A DNA stretch of 57,001 nucleotides from an uncultured Staphylococcaceae bacterium. GTDB taxonomy: Bacteria > Bacillota_I > Bacilli_A > RFN20 > CAG-826. The notes beneath the pieces were generated by a model, which saw only the letters and a program-made list of their open reading frames with translations, did not search any database and had not been told where the DNA came from. The translations under genes were made by a program, and so were the position numbers. Positions 37,598 through 48,751 of this stretch are shown piece by piece (position 1 is the first letter of the stretch; each line of letters begins with the position of its first letter). Location: assembly GCA_964546565.1 (NCBI GenBank), contig CAZJKC010000003.1, positions 1 through 57,001 on the forward strand. The letters run 5' to 3'.

Positions 37598-38098
37598 TTA
37601 TATTAGCGTTACAATTCTGGTTGTAATAGCCGCAACAACGGCAAACAGAGGAATCCCACGCAAGAAAGAACCAACGTGCTTTTTCGGATTTTGATAAGCT
37701 TGTTTTTCAGGAATAAACGAAAAACGGACACGTTTTGTGTTTCTCCACCAAAGTAGATCAATTACAAGCAAATCAAATACACCGAGTCCTTCTCCTAAAA
37801 TCAAGCAATAGATAAACGCCGACAGATAATCCGTCAAGCCGAGAACACTTTTAAGCGTAATGCCGAGTACCGAAAAGACGACCGTAAATAACAGAAAATT
37901 GCCGAAAAGTATCGACAAAATAGACTTTTCTTTCGGTAAACAATATGCGAGCGACGGCTCGTTTTTTACAATTTTCTGTACCTCGTCGGAATAGGAACGA
38001 AGTCCGAGTAAGTTCTTTTTATCCGTTCCTGTACTAAGAAAGCAAAAGAACCAATATAGAAAGTAAAATGCAACCGCTGTTATGATTTTCGTAAGCAT
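37598..38098 (-). CDS. Membrane protein
   Basis: Multiple TMs, FDLLVIDLLW motif. Confidence 0.7.
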   Translation of the reverse strand: MLTKIITAVAFYFLYWFFCFLSTGTDKKNLLGLRSYSDEVQKIVKNEPSLAYCLPKEKSILSILFGNFLLFTVVFSVLGITLKSVLGLTDYLSAFIYCLILGEGLGVFDLLVIDLLWWRNTKRVRFSFIPEKQAYQNPKKHVGSFLRGIPLFAVVAAITTRIVTLI

Positions 38099-38111
38099 AT
38101 TTTTCCCCTCC

Positions 38112-38609
38112 TCACCAAATCCAAAGCATCAGTCCGCTACTGATAAAAGCTGCTAAAATTGCAAAAGGAACAACTGGAATACACACCTTAACGTGAAACC
38201 ACTTTTGGTGATATTCTTTTTCCATATGCTCCGTGCCCGGCAAGCGAATTCGTTTAATATTTGCAAACAACACCCAATCCAAAAAGAAAGTGTCCCATGC
38301 AAACACGCAAAGCATATAAATCCAAGTCAGTCCTACACCTTGCCAAAAGGTTTTCGCTCCTGCTAAGTGCAGCATCCAAGCAAACAAGAACAAAAACGCA
38401 ACCACAGCAAACAGTTTTTTTGCAAGCATTAATTTGGTTATTTTCTTTTTTTTAGCTTCCTTGTGTTGCGTGCGGTAGTATTCCATTTGAATTTCTAAAG
38501 GATAGTCGCTGATAAAGGTCAACGGACTAATGAGTAACATTCCAAAAACCAACATGGTGAAGACTGCTAGCATTATAGTAACTTCAATTAAAATAATAGA
38601 AAGATTCAT
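38112..38609 (-). CDS. Membrane protein (related to neighbour)
   Basis: DYP..IQ, WDTFFLDWVLF, LPGTE....Y....FH. Confidence 0.7.
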   Translation of the reverse strand: MNLSIILIEVTIMLAVFTMLVFGMLLISPLTFISDYPLEIQMEYYRTQHKEAKKKKITKLMLAKKLFAVVAFLFLFAWMLHLAGAKTFWQGVGLTWIYMLCVFAWDTFFLDWVLFANIKRIRLPGTEHMEKEYHQKWFHVKVCIPVVPFAILAAFISSGLMLWIW

Positions 38610-38782
38610 TTACGTATTCCTCCAAAATCCCTGCTCATTAACATATTCATGTTGTTTTTTTATATTATCCATGTTCTATCCTCCTATTTTTTATATTAAG
38701 TAAGCTATATTGATCTATTATTGATAGTGGTTAGTGTTAACTAACTCATTATCTTAAAAAAAATCATTTTATCATTTCGTTT

Positions 38783-39330
38783 TTAATTTTTAAAACCGAA
38801 CAAATGAGCCCACCCGGCAATAAAGAAATTTTGCACCTCGGTAACGTATTGAATAGCGTCCTCTTTGGGAAAATCGTGCCAAACAACCTCCATTGCGCCG
38901 TTAAAGAACGCACTTGTTAGCATATGCGTAAGATCGGCACGAATGGGATTTACCTTTATACCGTTTTCTATTAAGCGAGCAACATAACGTAAGGTGTTTT
39001 CCGTTTCTATATTAACAATTTTTTCTATATAATATTCGTAACCACTACCTGCACTTTTACAAACTATAAGTTTAAACACGTCAAAATCGGCATATGCAAA
39101 AAAGAATTTTCGGCAGATGTAAAACACTCAAACAAACGATTTGCCGCTTCATCTACAATCTCCTTAAACAATTGGGTTTTGTCAGCAAATCGTCCGTAAA
39201 GCATACCCGTGGTATAACCTGCTTTATCCGCAATGAAACGCATAGAAGCATCCAAAAAGCCTTTTTCCATAAATTCGGCTTTGGCACATTCCAATATTTT
39301 ATCAACGGCAAGTTCGTCTTTTCTTCTCAT
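38783..39330 (-). pseudogene. TetR/AcrR regulator, frameshifted
   Basis: HTH (AKAEFMEKGF..ASMR.IA..AG.TTG.LY..F.DK) in 39064-39330; C-terminal domain in another frame 38783-39127. Confidence 0.8.
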
Positions 39331-39591
39331 AATGTACCTCTTAAACTAAAGATAATACTGTTATTTTAATTTATCAAGAAGATATTCGTAAGTACAACTT
39401 TTTTATGCCCAAAATTATAAAACGATTTTTCATGAAATAATTACAACTATCCATCAAATAAACTCGTTTAAAAAAAACAACAAAATTCCACAAAACTCGC
39501 TTGAAAAAGTTTTAATTTTACACATAAAGTCGCTTGAAATAATATCTAATTATATTTTTAATATTATAAAAGTACACTAAGGAGCGCCATT

Positions 39592-40909
39592 ATGTTAAAA
39601 AGAAAAAAAGAGCAATTGCTAATCAATTGGAAAAACACCCCTAACCATAGTCCCCTTATAATTAAAGGCTGTCAATGCGGAAAAACATTTTCCGTGCGAG
39701 ATTTTGCTAAGAAAAACTATAAACACGAAGGATATCTTAATTTCTTTAGAAATCCATCATATATTTCGCTTTTTGAAGGCTCGCTTGAAATAGATAATCT
39801 TATTATTATGATGTCTTCTCTACTCGGCCCAACCGCAATATTTGAACCAGGCGAAACGGTCATAATATTCGATGAAATACAAGATTGTCCAGATGCACGT
39901 ACTGCGTTAAAGTTTTTTAAAGAAGACGGACGATTTGACGTAATAGGAACAGGTTCATTGCTTGGTGTCAAAGGTTATGGAAAACAACCAAAATCTATTC
40001 CTGTCGGTTCGGAAATGGTAATCGAGATGCATCCTTTAAACTTTGAAGAATTTTTATGGGCAAATGGTATTTCATCTAAAATAATTGAAAAACTTGAAGA
40101 ATATTTAAAAAATGAAGAGCCTATTCCTGAAGCGCTTCACGAAAAAATGCGCCAACTTATACTACAATATACAGTTGTTGGGGGTATGCCAGAAGTTGTC
40201 GAAACATTTGTAAAAACAAAGCAAATGAATGCCGTTTTAGCATTGCAAAGAGATATCATTCATTCCTAAGAAGACGATATGATAAAATATGCTAGCGATA
40301 AAGATAAATCACTTATAAGAGAATGTTTTCAATCTATTCCCAAACAACTTAGCAAGGAAAACAAAAAATTTCAATATTCAATTATAAAAAAAGGAGGTAC
40401 TGCCTCCAAGTTTCAAGGGAGTATACAATGGATTGAGGATGCAGGCATCGTTTCTCGCTCATATAATCTCGATTTGCCTGAATTGCCGCTTGATGGAAAT
40501 GCTATAAAGGATATTTTTAAAGTATATATGCAAGATACAGGATTATTCGTTAGTATGTTGGAAGACGGGACTCAATACGATATTCTTCAAGGCAACCTAT
40601 ATAGCTACAAGGGGGCAATATTTGAGAACTTAATTGCCGATTTTTTTTACAAAAATGGGACGAAAACTTTATTATTACCACAAAGATTCAGGACTCAAAA
40701 TTGATTTTGTTATAAGATATAAAGGCGAAGCAACCCTAATTGAAGTAAAAGCAACAACAGGTAATACAAAAAGTGCAAAAACCATTCTTTCAAATTATGA
40801 AAAGTATCATGTTACTAGATGCATAAAACTTGGAAATTACAATATTGGAAGAAATAATCAAATATTGACTATACCACTTTACTTAGGATTTTTATTAAAA
40901 GAATTTTAA
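39592..40909 (+). pseudogene. AAA_14/DUF4143 ATPase, disrupted
   Basis: Walker A-like IKGCQCGKT, IFDEIQ, TGS, GGMPE, GAIFEN, IDFV..IEVK; in-frame TAA at 40267-40269 and frameshift near the T-run at ~40641. Confidence 0.85.
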
Positions 40910-41062
40910 TTGATAAAATGCAACACTTTCCCCATTATTTGCTATCTAGCGATATATATTATCATATCTTATATTACCAAAAATTATCCTCTTCAATAAT
41001 TTAATCAATTATTAAGTGACTAATTATTATTGTATTTTTTTGAATTTGCTATACCATATGTT

Positions 41063-41122
41063 TGTCAGCTTTCTGACGCTAGGTTTTTCCTAGAAGCGGT
41101 TGAAATATACCGCATTTTTTTA
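41063..41122 (+). ncRNA. Putative three-hairpin small RNA
   Basis: GTCAG-cttt-CTGAC, CTAGG-ttttt-CCTAG, GCGGT-loop-ACCGC plus T-tract, behind a TTGTAT...TACCAT promoter-like sequence. Confidence 0.45.
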
Positions 41123-41202
41123 TTTTTTTTCAAAATAAAAACTATCACGAACAGCTTATAAAACTTAGTTTGTGATAGTTAAATAATCAACACATATAAA
41201 GA

Positions 41203-41535
41203 TTAATCGTTAGTTGGGAAAGTGCTACCAAGACGTTGTGCTCTCTTTTGGGCACGTTCTTGTTCAACATCATACTTCTTAGCGTAATACACTAATACAA
41301 TCATAGCAACAATAGCCGCAATAGCAATTAAAATAATACCTAATGTTCTAAATGAAATATCAATTGTCAACCATGAAGCAAAGCTAGACTCTGCTTTTGC
41401 AATAGCGTTTTCCGATTCTAAACCAGGTAAATATGTTCCAACAATACCGGTAATTAATAATCCTAATCCGCATACACCGATAATACCTGAAATAATATAC
41501 CAAACTAATTCTTTTGTACTAATTTTTTTCTTCAT
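41203..41535 (-). CDS. Two-TM membrane protein
   Basis: 110-aa ORF with RBS and two TMs. Confidence 0.7.
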   Translation of the reverse strand: MKKKISTKELVWYIISGIIGVCGLGLLITGIVGTYLPGLESENAIAKAESSFASWLTIDISFRTLGIILIAIAAIVAMIVLVYYAKKYDVEQERAQKRAQRLGSTFPTND

Positions 41536-41648
41536 AATAATCGACCTCTTTCTTTTGTCTTTATAATTCTACCACACGTTTATCACTCTTTCAAGAAAAA
41601 CAATTCACGTCATTGTAAGACGTTATAGTAAGAAGGGGCCAATAAAAG

Positions 41649-41873
41649 TTAACGTGCTAAACTATTAGCAACATCATCAAAGAATAATTCATCTGGTTTA
41701 ATGCCAAACATATTGGCCATTATAATAGCCATTTCATAATCTAAACTTCTTTTCCCTGTTTCGATCATCGAAATATATGCTTTAGAAACATGAAGTTTAG
41801 TCGCAATAGCGTCAAGATTGATTCCTCTTTCTTTACGCAAAGCACGGAATTTCATTAATCTTACTTTAGTCAT
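41649..41873 (-). CDS. Xre HTH regulator
   Basis: IATKLHVSKAYISMIETGKR...ELFF. Confidence 0.88.
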   Translation of the reverse strand: MTKVRLMKFRALRKERGINLDAIATKLHVSKAYISMIETGKRSLDYEMAIIMANMFGIKPDELFFDDVANSLAR

Positions 41874-42025
41874 CTATTTTTCCCCCTTACACTATTATTA
41901 AAACAAAAATAACAAATAAACGCATTCAAATTAGCAACAAATTGATAACAAAATAAAAAAAATCGACAAATTGTTACCTTTTTTTAGCTTCTTTTGTCGA
42001 TTTATGTCGTTTTTTATTATTGAAC

Positions 42026-42862
42026 TTATTGTTGATTGCTCGCTCGAGCCATTTCAAAGGCTCGTACTTCATCAATAACCTTTACATAAGTTACTTTCCA
42101 AGCACTTTCAAACTTCGCAATAATCAAATTAATAAATTGCTTAACTTCACCAAAGGCGTCTTGGAAAGATTTACCTTCTGGTAATTTTTCTTTCCCTTCC
42201 ATATAAGTTAGAAGTTTAGCAACCTTTTCTTCTATTTCTTTTAAATCAGCACTATCACTCTTATTATGAGCTTTAACAAAGTTAAAAAGACCATTTATTT
42301 GCCGTAATTCATTTAATATATAATTAGATTGCACTGATTGTTGACCATTAGATTGCTTCATCGCTATATTAAATTCAACAAATTTACTTTCTAAATCATT
42401 AATGAGGCACGAATAAGCAATTACACGATATAAACGATCATCCTCACTAATAAAGTTAACAAATAATTCATCGACTTCATTTTTAGCCGAATTAATATAA
42501 CCATTTATAATATCTGTAAAAGTTTCATGTAAACCGATAACATAATCATAAATAGCTAAATGTTGTTGAGCATCGACCACTAGTTCATTACCAATGACAC
42601 GTACAATAGTGGATTTATCACTATAAATATCATCAATGAATTCTCGAAGATGCTTGACTATTTTTTCACCAGCTTCCGCATTCGAGTCAAAAAAGTGTTT
42701 AACTGGTGTATTATTATCTAACATAAATGGAAGATTTTTCTTACGATATTCATATAATTCAAGTTTATATTCTTTAGCATGAGAAGAGGCATATTCTAAA
42801 GTATCTCTAATCATTGAATTATATTGAAAGATAGCAAAGATAAAGTGTGTAATATTATTCAT
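42026..42862 (-). CDS. Hypothetical helical protein
   Basis: 278-aa ORF translationally coupled to the upstream HAD gene. Confidence 0.75.
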   Translation of the reverse strand: MNNITHFIFAIFQYNSMIRDTLEYASSHAKEYKLELYEYRKKNLPFMLDNNTPVKHFFDSNAEAGEKIVKHLREFIDDIYSDKSTIVRVIGNELVVDAQQHLAIYDYVIGLHETFTDIINGYINSAKNEVDELFVNFISEDDRLYRVIAYSCLINDLESKFVEFNIAMKQSNGQQSVQSNYILNELRQINGLFNFVKAHNKSDSADLKEIEEKVAKLLTYMEGKEKLPEGKSFQDAFGEVKQFINLIIAKFESAWKVTYVKVIDEVRAFEMARASNQQ

Positions 42863-43701
42863 TTTTCATTCTCCTTTAATAAATATTGTTCAACATCATA
42901 GAAATTATCTACAACGTATTTAGCATGTTCTTGTACTTCTTTAGTGGCATGGCTCATACATACGCTATTGGGATAAACATCAAACATCGTTATGTCATTT
43001 GCGCTATCACCGATCACAACAAGGTCATCATTTTGATATCCGTAATGTTCACATATAATTGCTAATCCTTCGGCCTTTGTACATTTATAAGCCGTGATTT
43101 CAATTGCGGAACCTTCCACAGCGATTTCTAATGTTGGATATGCCTTTTTTATCGCATTAGCAATCTTTTGAGCATTTTCCTTTCCTTCTTCACCAATACC
43201 ACAATACAACAAGATTTTAAAAACATCATGTTCTTGTACTGTTTTTAACATTTTCTTTTTTCCTTTAAGATACTTTTCAGCATATGTGCCTTGATAATTA
43301 TACACTATGCGATACAAAATATTCTTAAAGAACGATACTCCATGACTACACATCGCCATTTGTCCATCTTTGGTAAACAACGAAATAACAAAATCATTCA
43401 TTTCCGTTACCAACAATTGATAAATACCAAGACAAATATTTTTTTCAATAATTTGTGCTTTTAAAATCTTATTACCAGCTTTAACAAATGCTCCGTTGCA
43501 AGCAATAATATCTACCGAAGTACCAATTTTTTTAAAAACTTTATTGATAAAAGGATAATTTCTTCCTGTTACTAAGATTAAATGGCCATCATTAGCAACA
43601 TGACTTTTTAAAATTCTAAGGTTATTTTTATCAATCAATCGTACCCTTCTTTTCGGATAAAAAAGGGTCCCATCTAAGTCAGTAGCTAAAACCTTTCTCA
43701 T
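42859..43701 (-). CDS. Cof-type HAD hydrolase
   Basis: DLDGTL, TGR, TKA, GDSAND. Confidence 0.92.
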   Translation of the reverse strand: MRKVLATDLDGTLFYPKRRVRLIDKNNLRILKSHVANDGHLILVTGRNYPFINKVFKKIGTSVDIIACNGAFVKAGNKILKAQIIEKNICLGIYQLLVTEMNDFVISLFTKDGQMAMCSHGVSFFKNILYRIVYNYQGTYAEKYLKGKKKMLKTVQEHDVFKILLYCGIGEEGKENAQKIANAIKKAYPTLEIAVEGSAIEITAYKCTKAEGLAIICEHYGYQNDDLVVIGDSANDITMFDVYPNSVCMSHATKEVQEHAKYVVDNFYDVEQYLLKENEK

Positions 43702-43779
43702 AAAACCACCTGTTTTTTATTATACTCTTTTTTCTTATAAATAAAAGAATAGAGTTTATAAATCAACATACTTTATTAG

Positions 43780-44733
43780 CTATTTAGCGTCAAAATAAAG
43801 CTCAATTAATAGTTTTCTTACCACCGATACTTGTGATGAAGGAAGATTAATTATTAATTTCTTATCATTTAATTGATATTCTTTGATGAAAATGTGGTGT
43901 TTTTTTAAAGTATCTTCTAAAGTTAGATAAACTTTTTTAGGATTGTTTGAAGCTATGCATATATCATTTTTATCAATAAAAAAGCCCACACATTCATGCT
44001 CTTTTACATTTATATCGACATCTGTTCCTTGCGATAAATCAAGATAATGACGTAAACATATCTTTATTTTTTCTTTTTCCGCTAAAGCAACCGCTTTTTT
44101 TTGAATAATTCCATATCCTAAATCATTTAACATTATCATTTCTTGATAATTTAATGAGGAAAAGGGCATCATTTTTTTACCAATCAAAGGATAACTTGGA
44201 TATATTCCATTGACATCTTTTAGCAAATATACTTCTTTAAGATGAAGGTATTTTGCAATTATGATAGCCGTATAATCGCTTCCACCTTTCCCTAAAAGGG
44301 TGATACTCTTTTGTTGATTAAAGCCAATAAAGCCTGATACCACAAGCACTTGATACTTTTTCAGCATTTCTTCTATATATGAAACATCCATACTTAAGCA
44401 ATTGGCATCAAGATAATTATCATCCGTTAATATTCCTAATTTATAAATATCAATATATACGGCATTTAATTGATAATTTCGACATTCACTTGTAAATAGC
44501 AACGCCGATATTATTTCTCCACTTGAAAGCAATATCGCATTTTCTTCCTCTTTTAAGCTGTTATTCTTAATAAGATTCTTTAAAGTATCAGTTGCATATG
44601 GAAAGCCATTTCTCCCCATTGCGCTGCAAACAACAATTATTTTTTCATCCTCATATCGCTTTAATACATTAATAATATTTTCTCTTTCCGCTGCTGTAGC
44701 TAAAATACTTCCACCAAGTTTAAATAATTTCAT
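43780..44733 (-). CDS. Aspartate kinase-like amino acid kinase (DapG-like)
   Basis: KLGG, VVCSAMGR.G.PYATDTL, SGEIIS, GKGGSDYTA, DVNGIY. Confidence 0.85.
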   Translation of the reverse strand: MKLFKLGGSILATAAERENIINVLKRYEDEKIIVVCSAMGRNGFPYATDTLKNLIKNNSLKEEENAILLSSGEIISALLFTSECRNYQLNAVYIDIYKLGILTDDNYLDANCLSMDVSYIEEMLKKYQVLVVSGFIGFNQQKSITLLGKGGSDYTAIIIAKYLHLKEVYLLKDVNGIYPSYPLIGKKMMPFSSLNYQEMIMLNDLGYGIIQKKAVALAEKEKIKICLRHYLDLSQGTDVDINVKEHECVGFFIDKNDICIASNNPKKVYLTLEDTLKKHHIFIKEYQLNDKKLIINLPSSQVSVVRKLLIELYFDAK

Positions 44734-44845
44734 GCATAATCACCCTACATAATTAATTAATGATGGAAAACTATTTTTTAGAATTGACTAAATAATATGT
44801 CTTTTCTTTTTAAAGTGCTAACGAATAACCGTTAACACAAAAAAC

Positions 44846-45991
44846 TTATTTAATTAGTTCTAAAATTCTTTTTTTCAACAATTCATAACGGAATTTAGTA
44901 TTGGCATTACCTTCACAATATTCTTTAGACATCTTTTCATTATCAAGATAAGAAATAGGTATATCACAGACATCAAATTGTTCACGTGTGAAATCAACAA
45001 AATGACCATCTATGCAATTAAAATAATGGGTATCACCATTTTCAAGATGAATACGATGAATCGTGCCACCGAAAAAATCATAAGCCACCATTGCTGTGAC
45101 CGCACATTGCCCAAGGGTGATATTTTCTTTATTATCCCAATACTCTTGAACAGCAGGATGCGCCGTCTTTTGATTCCATGCTTTTCTTAAAAAATCATAA
45201 AAATCATCAAGCGTTTTAATTTTTTCATTTTTAAGATTTGCTAGTGTCTTTGTTCCAATATCATCGCCTTCATAACGTTTACGAATTTTTCCTGATACCC
45301 AAGCCTCAATAGAAACAATATTGCCAACTTCAATATGTTCAATAGCGGAACCAGTTACCAAAACATCAAAGTCCATATTATAGCTTTCAACTAAAAGAAT
45401 ATAGAAAGAATTTTCAGTATAGGAATTAGTTCTTTTTTGAATAGAACGAACAATACCATTAAAGAAGACATCTGATGTTTCTGTGCCATCCTCGCGAATA
45501 GCTCCCGAAGGAATAAATGATTGAACAGCAAATTTTCCTACTTTATTATGAAAATCATTTTCATTTTCAAAAATTGATATGGAATTACAAAAGCAAGCCA
45601 ACTGGGCTTTATAAACTTTTCCCTCGCTCAACAACGGGACTATTGGTGCACAGGGAATAGTAACATTAAAAGGATAGTTTTCTTCTTTATTCCAAATCGA
45701 AACAATACCTTTTGAATCATTTGCTTCTTTTAAAACCCATGAGGGATTCACAACATCATCATACCGATGCGTGTTAAAATGTATTTCTATATTACCCACA
45801 TCGATTTCTTTCTTTTCATTAATTGGTAACCAAAACTCGATATCATCATCCATGGTTATTAAAACATGTTCTTTATCTCCATTTTGAACAAGCCTTCCCG
45901 ATTCATCCATGGCTTTCTTTAATAAATTTATAAGGTCATCAAAAAACGTTTCTTCATTAAAAACTAATCCTATATCTTCAAAATGATTCAT
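44846..45991 (-). CDS. Hypothetical protein with C-terminal YunG-like domain
   Basis: C-terminal AW...T...W...N...GQCAVTA...D.FGG.I...HYFN.IDG..VD.T.EQF. Confidence 0.65.
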   Translation of the reverse strand: MNHFEDIGLVFNEETFFDDLINLLKKAMDESGRLVQNGDKEHVLITMDDDIEFWLPINEKKEIDVGNIEIHFNTHRYDDVVNPSWVLKEANDSKGIVSIWNKEENYPFNVTIPCAPIVPLLSEGKVYKAQLACFCNSISIFENENDFHNKVGKFAVQSFIPSGAIREDGTETSDVFFNGIVRSIQKRTNSYTENSFYILLVESYNMDFDVLVTGSAIEHIEVGNIVSIEAWVSGKIRKRYEGDDIGTKTLANLKNEKIKTLDDFYDFLRKAWNQKTAHPAVQEYWDNKENITLGQCAVTAMVAYDFFGGTIHRIHLENGDTHYFNCIDGHFVDFTREQFDVCDIPISYLDNEKMSKEYCEGNANTKFRYELLKKRILELIK

Positions 45992-45997
45992 TTCTAT

Positions 45998-46708
45998 TCA
46001 CCTCTTTTTATAATTCAATATCACAACACTGCCTTCTTTTTTAACCTTTATAAGATTAAATGACTCGTTATCGCTATCAAAAAATAGTGACTTATCCTCT
46101 GCCCTAGCGGTTATCGGTGCAACCACCAAGCTCAACTCATCAATCACCCGAGCTTTCGCAAAACTGCCGTTAATCACACTACCGCCTTCTAAAAGTAAAG
46201 TTTGGATTCCAAATAACTTTGCTAATTTTTCTAAAGCAAGAGGTACATCTATCGACTCTTGACCGGCAATAATATAAGAAATGCCTAAAGATTGCAAATA
46301 AGCAAGATAACGATTATCCACTTGACTAGAAAGGACTTCAATAATTTCAGAACCATCATAGCCAATATCACCGTCAGGATCTTTTATTTTGTTTTCTTTC
46401 CATCCTAATTTACCATGCGTATCAAAAGCAATAGCCTTCCTTTTTTTAATATCAGTATTAATAAAATCTTGTGACGGATCAATATTATGAGCTTCCTTAT
46501 CATATAGCGTTAAATCAGGATACCACCCATTGGTAAAACTCGTTTCCATGGTAATTCGCCCACAAATAAAACCATCAGCTTTTAAATCTCTATTAAGACG
46601 ATAATATATTTCCGAAGCTTTTTGGCAAGCAGAATCATATAAAAAATCGCCCGTTACCTTGCCATCAATACTCATTACCATATGACAAATAATATATGGT
46701 TTATTCAT
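45998..46708 (-). CDS. RibD C-terminal domain reductase
   Basis: PYIICHMVMSIDGK, LLEGGSVINGSF, IDELSLVVAP. Confidence 0.9.
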   Translation of the reverse strand: MNKPYIICHMVMSIDGKVTGDFLYDSACQKASEIYYRLNRDLKADGFICGRITMETSFTNGWYPDLTLYDKEAHNIDPSQDFINTDIKKRKAIAFDTHGKLGWKENKIKDPDGDIGYDGSEIIEVLSSQVDNRYLAYLQSLGISYIIAGQESIDVPLALEKLAKLFGIQTLLLEGGSVINGSFAKARVIDELSLVVAPITARAEDKSLFFDSDNESFNLIKVKKEGSVVILNYKKR

Positions 46709-46787
46709 TTTCTTAACTCCTTTTTATATGCAAAAAACTATTGGATAATCAATTATATGACTACCCAATAGTTTAAGAAAAAATATA

Positions 46788-47345
46788 CTAGGCTAATTTA
46801 TTTTCAGCTTGAATAATACCATATCCACCATCATCACGATGATAAACAACGGAGATTAATTCATCCTCTTCATCTAAATACATAAAGAAATCATGACCTA
46901 AAGCTTCCATTCTTGTAATCGCTTCATCAATGCTCATAGGCTCTAAATGATAACCTTTGGTACGAACTACTTCTTCTTTTTCTTCTTCTTCTAAATCGGC
47001 TTCAAAGTTTTCAAAAGCAATCGCTTTTCCAAGGCCATGTCCGCCATTGGTTTTTTGATCTAAACGAGTTTTTAACTTCCGCATTTGACCTTCAAGTTTA
47101 TCAACCGCCAAGTCAAACGCAGCATATAAATCAGCGTCAACTACTTCTGCACGGAATGTCATCATATTAGTAAAAATAGTAATCTCAACTTTTTGGCCAC
47201 CATTTTTATAAGTTCTAACAACGGCTCGACATTCAACTTCTTCATCAATTAAGAAATATTTATCCATTCTAGACATTTTCTTAATCAATGCATCACTAAT
47301 TCCTTTTGTTACAGCAATATTCTTTCCGATAATTTGGTATTTCAT
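46788..47345 (-). CDS. hpf: Ribosome hibernation promoting factor (long HPF)
   Basis: GKNIAVT, DLYAAFD...DKLE.Q.RK.KT, PMSIDEAI..ME.LGHDFF. Confidence 0.95.
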   Translation of the reverse strand: MKYQIIGKNIAVTKGISDALIKKMSRMDKYFLIDEEVECRAVVRTYKNGGQKVEITIFTNMMTFRAEVVDADLYAAFDLAVDKLEGQMRKLKTRLDQKTNGGHGLGKAIAFENFEADLEEEEKEEVVRTKGYHLEPMSIDEAITRMEALGHDFFMYLDEEDELISVVYHRDDGGYGIIQAENKLA

Positions 47346-47646
47346 ATCTAATCTGCTCCTTTCCAAATTAATAAGACTATTGTAGTATCCCTACATCTAT
47401 ATTTTGCCACGGAATAAATAAAAAAAATAGTCTTATTTTGATATTAAAAATATGGTATAATACCAACGGAAAAAGAAGGTCTCATAATTTAAAATAATAA
47501 TAATTACAATTTTTAATAAATACTTTTCATAAAAATAAAAAAAAATCAAAAGCATAATTTAAAAAATTATAAAAATATCGTCTTTTTTTCATTAATAATC
47601 ACCATTCATAAATGAAAACTAGGCTTACTAATGAACCTAGTCAATA

Positions 47647-48681
47647 CTAATCAACATAAAATGATAACGGATAAGTTAAATATGATATAGCGTCTAACTG
47701 ATCACATGTAACATATCCTGCCTTTGCTTTAATAAGAGATGGTATTCTATTAACAGTTGTCGCACAAGTATGCTCAACAGTTGCCGGTTTCACCACATGA
47801 AATTCCATGTTCGGTTCACCTTCGATTGTCCAATCACACATATCACCATCATGTGGACCATATATCTTACCAATTGATTCTTCAATAATCGTTATTCCTT
47901 GCATCGTTTCAATCGTTACTTTTGAAGACATACCAATACATTTACCTTTTTTTATTACTTTTTGTAAGGTCGTACTTTCAATATCTTCATCAATAATATA
48001 TGGTATATTTTCTTGTGTTATGGACTTCATAACTAAACCTAGTTTATTAACAAGAGCCTCGCTAGCGTTCCAAGCATAAGAAGGAATAATGATATCTGGA
48101 TGCGCTAAAGAGGTTTCAAATTCCTCTTTCGTCAAATCACAACCATGAGCTTTAGCCAAAGCTAATCCATATTCTTCGACATTATAGCTATATTGGCCAT
48201 GTATTTTCTTGATGTGATGACAACTAGCGGCCATTAAAGCAACATTGTTAATCCAAAATATATCTTGCATACCCGACCCTGTTATAGTGCAATTATGTTC
48301 TTTAGCTATCGCATCAAGTTGATTGGTCAATGATGGTGAAGTATTCCATGAATATATAGCTTCTTCACATGTTGTAATGACATTGATTCCACGTTTTAAA
48401 CACTTAACACATGCTTCAAAAATGTCAGGAACATAACTAAATAACGTAATAATAGCAACATCTGGACAACAAGAATCTAGAACTTTATCGGCATCACTAT
48501 CGACAATAACACCCGTTTTCTGAGGCCAATCAATAATACTTGCAATATCTAATCCCACTATGCTTTTATCAATATCAATAGCCCCTACAACTTCTACGCC
48601 TTTATCATAAAGATAACGCAAAAGATATTTTGCCATTTTACCAACACCATATTGAACAACTTTAATTTTCCGCATTTTCAT
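47647..48681 (-). CDS. 2,4-diaminopentanoate dehydrogenase-like / DapB N-terminal family oxidoreductase
   Basis: VVQYGVGKM Rossmann motif, GINVITTCEE, GEP, TCATTVNRIP. Confidence 0.75.
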   Translation of the reverse strand: MKMRKIKVVQYGVGKMAKYLLRYLYDKGVEVVGAIDIDKSIVGLDIASIIDWPQKTGVIVDSDADKVLDSCCPDVAIITLFSYVPDIFEACVKCLKRGINVITTCEEAIYSWNTSPSLTNQLDAIAKEHNCTITGSGMQDIFWINNVALMAASCHHIKKIHGQYSYNVEEYGLALAKAHGCDLTKEEFETSLAHPDIIIPSYAWNASEALVNKLGLVMKSITQENIPYIIDEDIESTTLQKVIKKGKCIGMSSKVTIETMQGITIIEESIGKIYGPHDGDMCDWTIEGEPNMEFHVVKPATVEHTCATTVNRIPSLIKAKAGYVTCDQLDAISYLTYPLSFYVD

Positions 48682-48751
48682 ATTCTCCTTTTCAACTAAA
48701 TATATTCATTAATATTATTGACAATGAAAAGAAAAAATATGATAAAAGAAC

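Larger units (their letters stand above)
36179..41130. mobile_element. Decayed genomic island downstream of tRNA-Ser(GGA)
   Basis: IS fragment, att-like relic at ~36825-36900, compositionally distinct gene cluster, frameshifted genes; right boundary approximate. Confidence 0.55.

Noticed and set aside
39460-39540. Mini-CRISPR
   Set aside because: Repeats are 14 nt, degenerate and overlap a promoter; better explained as operator sites
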